A stretch of 61,823 nt of DNA, the filler included. It is 5 parts of 5 records of this genome, joined end to end, with 100 filler letters (N's around TTAATTAATTAA, not from the genome) between each part and the next. Parts side by side here need not be neighbours in the genome. Positions count along the whole stretch, not along the records: positions 43,729 to 55,444 come from SRR2962707_4976; positions 55,545 to 61,823 come from SRR2962707_4978; 3 more parts are not named here. One strand, written 5' to 3'. Positions 55,427 through 61,823 of the stretch are shown piece by piece. The position numbers and the translations under genes are program-made. The notes below the pieces were generated by a model, which was given only the letters and a program-made list of their open reading frames with translations, ran no database searches and was not told where the DNA came from. Position 1 is the first letter of the stretch, and every line of letters begins with the position of its first letter.

Positions 55427-55434
55427 CAAAGATA
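55427..55434 (-). promoter_or_regulatory. Bacteroidota -7 element (TATCTTTG) for the rpmH-rnpA operon
   Basis: Exact consensus 32 nt upstream of the rpmH ATG. Confidence 0.7.
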
Positions 55435-55444
55435 GATAAATCCT

Positions 55445-55544
55445 NNNNNNNNNNNNNNNNNNNNNNNNNNNNNNNNNNNNNNNNNNNNTTAATTAATTAA
55501 NNNNNNNNNNNNNNNNNNNNNNNNNNNNNNNNNNNNNNNNNNNN
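55445..55544. other. Artificial contig spacer
   Basis: N44-TTAATTAATTAA-N44. Confidence 0.98.
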
Positions 55545-55545
55545 T

Positions 55546-55938
55546 CCTGGCGGCGGGTTCTGGCCGTTCTGGCTGGCAGCCTGCATGCTGGCATCGACGG
55601 TCTGGATCGCCATCAACTGGTACCTGAAAAAATCACCACCGTCGCAATCCGATGAGAAATTCCTCGACAGTTACGGATTGCGGATGCTGCTGCTGGTCGG
55701 TGGCGGGGTGACCGCTTTTATCGGACTGACGCATATCCTCGGTTTCTACGGCGCCATTGCCGTATTCCTGATTTATTACATTCGTTTTCTGGGACGGCAC
55801 AGTTGGGGTGTCACCCTGGCTATTTCGCTGATTACCCCCGTCGTCACTTTTCTGTTTTTTGATATTGCCATGCGGATCGTGCTGCCGAAGGGCTACCTCG
55901 AGCCGCTTTTCCTTCCCCTGTATGACTTTTTCTTCTGA
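55546..55938 (+). CDS. tctB: Tripartite tricarboxylate transporter small subunit, 5'-truncated
   Basis: Frame open from the contig edge (PGGGFWPFWL); LGFY and F...LPKG motifs; upstream of tctA. Confidence 0.85.
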   Translation, partial: PGGGFWPFWLAACMLASTVWIAINWYLKKSPPSQSDEKFLDSYGLRMLLLVGGGVTAFIGLTHILGFYGAIAVFLIYYIRFLGRHSWGVTLAISLITPVVTFLFFDIAMRIVLPKGYLEPLFLPLYDFFF

Positions 55939-55995
55939 TCAGCCGACGGAACCATCATTCGCATCATCATGAGCTAAAGGATAGGCGACGAAACC

Positions 55996-57510
55996 ATGGA
56001 AATACTTAGCCATCTCGTAGACGGCGTATTCATCGCTCTGGAACCGCTGAACATCATGCTGATGCTGGTCGGCGTTGCACTCGGGCTATTCATCGGCGCC
56101 ATGCCCGGCCTCGGGTCCGTCAACGGTGTCGCCATCCTGTTACCCGCGACATTCCTGGTCCCACCGGCTTCCGCCATGATCTTCCTGGCAGCGATTTATT
56201 ACGGCGCCATGTACGGCGGCGCGATTTCATCCATTACACTCGGCATTCCCGGCGCTTCAACTGCCGTAGCAACGACATTCGACGGCAGACCGCTGGCGCT
56301 CAAAGGCCGGGCCGATCTGGCGCTGGTCACCGCCGCCGTGGCTTCGTTCATCGGCGGCAGTGTCGCCAACATCCTGTTCACGGCTTTCGCCCCGCCGCTG
56401 GCCCATGTCGCGCTCGACTTCGGCGATCCCGAGATTTTCGCCTTGATGCTTTTGGCCTTTGCAACATTTGTCGGCCTTGGCGGCGACGACATTCCGAAGA
56501 CCCTGTTTTCGATCTGCTTCGGCCTCGTCATGGCGGCCGTCGGCCTGGATATCATGACCGGTGAGCCGCGTCTGGTATTCGGCGACATCACAGGGTTCAT
56601 GCACGGGATCAACTTCCTTGTGCTCGCCATCGGAGTCTACGGGATTGGTGAAATGCTCTGGACCATCGATACCACGCGCGGTGAACTGACGATGACCAAA
56701 GCCGTGCTGAGCATCAGGGGGATTTTACGCGCCGTTCGTGAAACCGCCGCATCATGGAAAGGCACCACGATCGGCTCATTCCTCGGATTCTTTGTCGGCA
56801 TTCTGCCGGCTGCGGGCGCGACGCCCGGATCGCTGATGGCCTACGGCATCACCAAAATGGTCGACAGACACCCCGAACAATTCGGCAAGGGGAATATCAA
56901 TGGCATCGCGGCCCCCGAAGCCGCCAACAATTCGGCGTCTACCGGCGCCATGCTGCCGATGCTCACACTGGGGATTCCCGGTTCGCCAACCACGGCGATC
57001 CTGCTGGGCGGCATGGTGATCTGGGGGCTGCAACCGGGGCCGTTGCTGTTCACCAACCAGACCGAATTCGTCTGGGGATTGATCGGATCGTTCTATATCT
57101 CGAATTTCTTTGCCCTCGCCGTCAACCTGGCCTTCATTCCGCTGTTCATCTGGATGCTGCGGATGCCGTTTACCGTTCTGGCGCCAATGATCTTCGTGCT
57201 GTCCGTGGTCGGCGGGTATGCCGCGACCCAGGATATGCATGACATCTGGTTGATGCTGTTCTTCGGGGTCGGGGCCTATCTGCTCAGGAAATTGGACTAT
57301 CCGGTGGCACCGGCGGTGCTAGCCATCGTGCTTGGCCCGATTGCCGAACCGAAACTGCGACAGTCCCTTCTGTTCTCAAGCGGCGACCCGATGATCTTCC
57401 TTGAGCGGCCGATTTCAGGCCCGATCACCGTGATTGCGATCATCCTGATCCTGTTGCCGCTGTTCAAACTGATCAGAGATAAGGTAAGGGGCAAAAAAGC
57501 CGCAGCATAG
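55996..57510 (+). CDS. tctA: Tripartite tricarboxylate transporter large subunit
   Basis: GAMPGLG, YYGAMYGGAI, APEAANNS, LTLGIPGS, PGPLLF. Confidence 0.93.
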   Translation: MEILSHLVDGVFIALEPLNIMLMLVGVALGLFIGAMPGLGSVNGVAILLPATFLVPPASAMIFLAAIYYGAMYGGAISSITLGIPGASTAVATTFDGRPLALKGRADLALVTAAVASFIGGSVANILFTAFAPPLAHVALDFGDPEIFALMLLAFATFVGLGGDDIPKTLFSICFGLVMAAVGLDIMTGEPRLVFGDITGFMHGINFLVLAIGVYGIGEMLWTIDTTRGELTMTKAVLSIRGILRAVRETAASWKGTTIGSFLGFFVGILPAAGATPGSLMAYGITKMVDRHPEQFGKGNINGIAAPEAANNSASTGAMLPMLTLGIPGSPTTAILLGGMVIWGLQPGPLLFTNQTEFVWGLIGSFYISNFFALAVNLAFIPLFIWMLRMPFTVLAPMIFVLSVVGGYAATQDMHDIWLMLFFGVGAYLLRKLDYPVAPAVLAIVLGPIAEPKLRQSLLFSSGDPMIFLERPISGPITVIAIILILLPLFKLIRDKVRGKKAAA

Positions 57511-57574
57511 TCATCCGATATGGGCTTCGGCGCGTATAGCACAATGACAAACCAACATCCCCATGGAGGTCGTC

Positions 57575-58138
57575 ATGATGCTGCGCCGGTTCATACTCAC
57601 TGCATTTCTATGCCTGCTCGGGTTTGAAGCCCGCTCAGATCAAGGTCTCTGGCTGAAACTGAACGAACCCGATCACTTTGCCATCATGCGGCATGCCAAC
57701 GCCCCCGGCACGGGTGATCCTGCGAACTTTCGTATCGGTGACTGTTCGACACAGCGCAATCTGGACCAGACCGGACGCAATGAAGCCGTCGCCATAGGCA
57801 ACAGAGCCCGTGACGCAGGGATCACGTCCGCCAGCGTGTATTCAAGTCAGTGGTGCAGGTGTATGGATACGGCAACTGAACTGAACCTTGGCCCCGTTCA
57901 GGAATTACCGGCGCTGAATTCGTTCTATCAGCGCAGCAAGGACCGTGAGGGGAATATGAGAAACCTCCGAGCCTTTATCGAACAGAACTCGAAGACCCCT
58001 GGGCCCAAGATTCTTGTCACCCATCAGGTGACGATCAGCGCCCTGACGGGGCAATTTACCCGCCAGGGCGAAACACTGATCTTCCGTCATACCGTACAGG
58101 GCGACGTCGAGGTTATCGGCTCGATCCCGCCCGGCTGA
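57575..58138 (+). CDS. Secreted histidine phosphatase family protein
   Basis: Signal peptide; MRHANAPG, QRNL, SSQWCRC.DTA, LVTHQ; GGAGG RBS favours ATG 57575. Confidence 0.85.
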   Translation: MMLRRFILTAFLCLLGFEARSDQGLWLKLNEPDHFAIMRHANAPGTGDPANFRIGDCSTQRNLDQTGRNEAVAIGNRARDAGITSASVYSSQWCRCMDTATELNLGPVQELPALNSFYQRSKDREGNMRNLRAFIEQNSKTPGPKILVTHQVTISALTGQFTRQGETLIFRHTVQGDVEVIGSIPPG

Positions 58139-58147
58139 CCGGTTCGT

Positions 58148-59527
58148 TTAGCTGGCGAGACGCTGACGCGGTGCATCGCCGGACTGGGTCCGGCCTTGCG
58201 ACTGCTGTCCACGGTGTGCCTTTTTCGGCTTGCCTTTGTTCCATCTGGAACGATTGCGCGGAGCTGACGGCTTGCCGTCTTCGCGCTGCTTACCATCTTC
58301 ACGCGGTCTGCGATCCTCGCGCGGTTTGCGGTCCTGTTTCGGACGGCTGTCGGCATGAGCCTGGCGATCCGATTCCTGGAGGGGATCGAATCCCTTGCCG
58401 CCTTCCGGGGCATCGCCACGATGAACGGCATTGCCGATCAGACGTTCGATATCACGGAGCAGGCCGCGTTCCGCATGTTCGCAAAGCGAAATCGCAATGC
58501 CGCTGTTGCCGGCGCGCGCGGTGCGGCCGATACGGTGCACATAGGCTTCCGGTACATTCGGCAGTTCAAAGTTGATGACATGGGAAATCCCGTCGACATC
58601 AATACCACGTGCCGCGATATCCGTGGCGACCAGGACCTTGGTCCGTGATCCGCGGAAATCGGCAAGCGTGCGCTCACGCTGCGGCTGGCTTTTGTTGCCG
58701 TGGATGGCGCCGGCGTTGATACCCGCCTTTTGCAAAGATTCACAGACCTTGTCGGCCCCGCGCTTGGTGCGGGTAAAGACAATGGCGCGTTCGACGTTCT
58801 CATTGCGCAGGATGCCGATCAGGGCATCGCGCTTCTGGTGACGTTCGACGTGCATGACGCTCTGCTCAATGCGTTCGATGGGACGTGACGTCGGTGCCAC
58901 TGAAACTTCGGACGGATGATCAAGAAAATCGTTTGCAAGACCACGGATCTGCTGCGGCATGGTCGCGGACAGCAGCACCGTCTGACGTTGCTTCGGCAGT
59001 TTCGCGAGGATCTTGCGGATTGTCGGCATAAAGCCGAGATCAAGCATCTGATCCGCTTCGTCCAGGATCACGGTTTCGGTTTTATCCAGACGGACGGCGC
59101 CGGTCTGAACATGATCCAGAAGGCGGCCCGGGGTCGCAACGATGATGTCCGTCCCACGTGCAAGTGCCCGGATCTGTCCTGCCGGCTTCACGCCGCCAAG
59201 AACCACGGTCACGGAAACACGCATGGCATTGCCATAGGTGCGGATGCTGTCGGCGATCTGCGACGCCAGTTCACGGGTCGGCGCCAATATCAGGGCCGAG
59301 CAGTTCTTGGAACCGGGGCGTTCGCGCTGTTCATGAATACGGTGCAACAAGGGCAGCACGAATGCTGCTGTCTTGCCGGTCCCGGTCTGGGCAATGCCGA
59401 CGATGTCCTTACCGGACAGCATCAGGGGGATCACCTGCGACTGGATCGGGGTGGCCTGCGTATACCCTTCCTGGGATACAGCACGTAGAATAGGCTCGGC
59501 GAGGCCGAGTTCGTTAAAGTTTTTCAA
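58148..59527 (-). CDS. rhlE: DEAD-box RNA helicase (RhlE-like)
   Basis: Q motif, AQTGTGKT, PTRELA, TPGRL, DEAD, SAT, ARGID, HRIGRTAR, basic tail; probable TTG start at 59527. Symbol is tentative. Confidence 0.9.
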   Translation of the reverse strand: MKNFNELGLAEPILRAVSQEGYTQATPIQSQVIPLMLSGKDIVGIAQTGTGKTAAFVLPLLHRIHEQRERPGSKNCSALILAPTRELASQIADSIRTYGNAMRVSVTVVLGGVKPAGQIRALARGTDIIVATPGRLLDHVQTGAVRLDKTETVILDEADQMLDLGFMPTIRKILAKLPKQRQTVLLSATMPQQIRGLANDFLDHPSEVSVAPTSRPIERIEQSVMHVERHQKRDALIGILRNENVERAIVFTRTKRGADKVCESLQKAGINAGAIHGNKSQPQRERTLADFRGSRTKVLVATDIAARGIDVDGISHVINFELPNVPEAYVHRIGRTARAGNSGIAISLCEHAERGLLRDIERLIGNAVHRGDAPEGGKGFDPLQESDRQAHADSRPKQDRKPREDRRPREDGKQREDGKPSAPRNRSRWNKGKPKKAHRGQQSQGRTQSGDAPRQRLAS

Positions 59528-59782
59528 AACATAACTTTCATATATAGACACCTGCCGGAATCCGCATAGGGAGCCCGGTGGCATCTGATTTCAATTTGGG
59601 AGCTTGCGTAGATCAGCAACCATGTTCTTGTGCCAGGTGGCACGGCCGGTCCGGATTAGGCATCGGAGGCGGCGACTGCTGACAACAGATGAGGTCATCT
59701 ACACGCAGTTTGCTGTGGGGTTTGTGTCACACCCCATATGTAATAGCAAGCGCATTCGCCCCGTTCATGTTCACTGCCTGCA

Positions 59783-61255
59783 TCAGGCGTTGTTGAAATC
59801 AGCGATCATGCCGTCCCATGCCGGCACAAGATCCATCAGATCATCCCAGAACGACTGATTGCGACGGGCGACGAAATCATCAAGCGACACACCCTGCTGC
59901 TCGACCCAGGTATAATAGCCGAGATTGAAAATCCGCTCTTTGCCCGGCCGGTCAAGCTCGATCATGTTGTCAGTGGTACAACCCAGAAGGTACCGCCCGA
60001 ATGTCTCCGCCGCCGCAATCTCATCTACGCCGTTTTCAAAGTATTTCTTCTCGGCCAGTCCCAGTTCGGTCTCATAGAGCGCTGCGCCATCGGTGGCCAC
60101 AGACAGCACCACATCATCAGGGCCCAGTCTGTTGTACTTTGCGTACTTGATTGCACCCAGGATATTGGCCAGCGATGACAGGCCGAGATTGCCCAGCGCG
60201 GCGATCGTTTCCTGTCCAAGACCTAATCGTGATGCGAGATAATTCCGCCCGGCGGTCGTGTTGTAGACCACATTCAGACCATCGGTCGCATGATCGGACA
60301 CCCCGATCACATAGTCTGTCCCCATGACGTTATGAATGTAGGGGACGTGCTTGTCGCCGATCCCCTGAATATTGTGCTCACCAAAACCGTTATAAAGCAG
60401 CGTCGGGCATTCCAGTGCTTCGACCACGCAGGTATCGGTGCCGAGTTCGGCTTTCAGATGGTCGCCCGCCGCCAGGGTCCCGGCTGACCCCGATGCAGAC
60501 ACATAGGCGCGTGCCTTCAGGTTGCCGGCCTTGTTCACGTCTTCGAAAATCTTCTGCAGGGCCGGGCCGGTCACGGCGCGGTGAATGATATAATTACTGA
60601 ATTCGGAAAACTGGTTGAGGATCACATTGGCGGGATCCTTGGCCAGCTCGTGACAGGCATCATAGATTTCCTTCACGTTACTTTCCGTCCCGTGGGTGCG
60701 CACGATGTCAGACGGGTCCGTTACCCAGTTTTCCAGCCAGTTAAAGCGCTCGGCGCTCATCCCCTCGGGCAGGACCGCCACCGAGCGACAGCCGAGGATG
60801 CGGGAGATCGCGACCCCGCCCCGGCAGTAGTTCCCGGTCGACGGCCAGACTGCACGGTGCATCTCGGGGTCAAACTTGCCGGACATCAAACGCGGCACCA
60901 GGCAACCGTATGCCGCCAACACCTTGTGCGCGTTGATCATCGGAAAGCGATTGCCGAGCGCGACGACGATCTTTGCATCCACGCCCGTCAATTCCTGCGG
61001 GACAACCATATAGGCCGGGATATCATCCAGCCCCTTCCGGTCCGGTGCATTGTACCAGTGTACGCGGAACAGATTGCCCGGATCAGCGGTGTCGGGATCA
61101 ACCCCGGCAATATCCGCGGACACGGGTTTCAGATGACGGGCGGGATCAGAAAGTTCGGTGATGCTCGGCAGGCGCACACCGCGTTCTTTCAGGTGGCGTA
61201 CGGCTTTATCATAGGTGTGACGGTCGACAATTTCCCGTTCAAGACCGAATGACAT
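59783..61255 (-). CDS. Fold-type II PLP-dependent enzyme (TrpB/CysK superfamily), function unknown
   Basis: AHKV Schiff-base Lys, STGN loop, NQF, GSAGT phosphate loop, IQGIG; GGAG RBS before ATG 61255. Confidence 0.85.
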   Translation of the reverse strand: MSFGLEREIVDRHTYDKAVRHLKERGVRLPSITELSDPARHLKPVSADIAGVDPDTADPGNLFRVHWYNAPDRKGLDDIPAYMVVPQELTGVDAKIVVALGNRFPMINAHKVLAAYGCLVPRLMSGKFDPEMHRAVWPSTGNYCRGGVAISRILGCRSVAVLPEGMSAERFNWLENWVTDPSDIVRTHGTESNVKEIYDACHELAKDPANVILNQFSEFSNYIIHRAVTGPALQKIFEDVNKAGNLKARAYVSASGSAGTLAAGDHLKAELGTDTCVVEALECPTLLYNGFGEHNIQGIGDKHVPYIHNVMGTDYVIGVSDHATDGLNVVYNTTAGRNYLASRLGLGQETIAALGNLGLSSLANILGAIKYAKYNRLGPDDVVLSVATDGAALYETELGLAEKKYFENGVDEIAAAETFGRYLLGCTTDNMIELDRPGKERIFNLGYYTWVEQQGVSLDDFVARRNQSFWDDLMDLVPAWDGMIADFNNA

Positions 61256-61339
61256 GGCTGCTCCCCCCGAACATTTGTGCAAGATCAGGGTTTGTTGTCG
61301 GTTATATCGCACCCAAGTTCAAGAGCACCGGCCATATTC

Positions 61340-61823
61340 CTACCGCGCCGCCTCCTTCAGCATCTCCCTGGCGATAATCAATTGCTGGATTTGCGACGTG
61401 CCTTCATAGAGGCGGTACAGCCGGACATCGCGGTAAAACCGTTCAATCCCGTAATCGGCGATATACCCGGCTCCCCCATGAATCTGGACAGCCCTGTCGG
61501 CGACACGACCAACCATTTCCGAGCAGTAGTACTTGCAGATCGCCGCCTGTTTGGTGACGTTCTCGCCTGCGTCCTTGAGCCGTGCCGCATCGATGACCAT
61601 CGACCTGGCGGCATACAGTTCGGTTTCGCAATCGGCCAGCATCGCCTGCACAAGCTGAAATTCGGCGACGGGCTGACCGAACTGCTTGCGTTCCATCGCG
61701 TACGCGACACTGTCTCGGATCAGACGCTCGGCATTGCCGATACAGCTTGCTGAAATCACCAGCCGCCCACGATCCAGAACCTTCATGGCCGTTTTGAACC
61801 CCTGCCCTTCGACACCGCCGATC
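61340..61823 (-). CDS. Acyl-CoA dehydrogenase, 5'-truncated by the window end
   Basis: LDRGRL, ERKQFGQP, QIHGGAGY, ERFYRDVR..RLYEGTSQIQ. Confidence 0.93.
   Translation of the reverse strand, partial: IGGVEGQGFKTAMKVLDRGRLVISASCIGNAERLIRDSVAYAMERKQFGQPVAEFQLVQAMLADCETELYAARSMVIDAARLKDAGENVTKQAAICKYYCSEMVGRVADRAVQIHGGAGYIADYGIERFYRDVRLYRLYEGTSQIQQLIIAREMLKEAAR

Noticed and set aside
58265-58340. Short RED repeats (KPRED RRPRED GKQRED GKP) in the helicase tail
   Set aside because: Charged low-complexity tails are normal for DEAD-box helicases.
60581-61753. Plus-strand ORFs 60581-61252 and 61277-61753
   Set aside because: Antisense shadows of the PLP enzyme and acyl-CoA dehydrogenase genes.
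1-61823. CRISPR arrays, tRNA/rRNA genes, transposases, integrases, prophage genes
   Set aside because: None seen by eye; intergenic gaps are short with no repeat-spacer periodicity. tRNAscan-SE or Infernal would be needed to exclude small RNAs formally.

Overview
This window is not one locus. It is five unrelated contigs joined by identical artificial 100-nt spacers (N44-TTAATTAATTAA-N44) at 20055-20154, 33897-33996, 43629-43728 and 55445-55544. Taxonomy below is inferred by eye from gene content, base composition and promoter motifs. (1) 1-20054, a Cytophagales-like Bacteroidota: OmpA/PD40 protein, M14 deacylase, MFS, ftsB, SiaC-like protein, Ldh_2, a four-repeat secreted protein, ppx, pccB, M42 peptidase, aat, GH92 and glycosylasparaginase. 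(2) 20155-33896, an AT-rich Flavobacteriaceae: ECF sigma, Nramp, lipA, gap, TPR hybrid kinase, lpxK, nif3, ABC exporter and kmo. (3) 33997-43628, a GC-rich Rhodobacteraceae: soeBC, DUF1523, ohrR/ohr, a TroABCD-type metal ABC importer under Fur/Mur-like boxes, deoC and ALDH. (4) 43729-55444, Cytophagales-like again: BT_3928 family, aroK, FadL-like barrel, proS, nfeD/floA, bstA, tsaB, S41 protease, rnpA and rpmH. (5) 55545-61823, an alphaproteobacterium: tctBA, histidine phosphatase, DEAD-box helicase, PLP enzyme and acyl-CoA dehydrogenase. I saw no rRNA, tRNA, CRISPR array, transposase, integrase or phage gene. Most content is housekeeping. The best candidates for uncharacterised biology are: a putative sigma-54-driven operon pairing a secreted W/G/N/Y-rich, Arg/Ser-tailed protein (which has a Shine-Dalgarno site, unusual for this phylum) with a FadL-family barrel; a secreted protein made of four ~137-aa repeats; a structured DEAD-box helicase leader with twin ACCU-loop hairpins; a twin-hairpin motif upstream of two TTG-start flavobacterial genes; and a PLP enzyme of unknown reaction behind an acyl-CoA dehydrogenase. 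All family calls come from recognising motifs, not from database searches.
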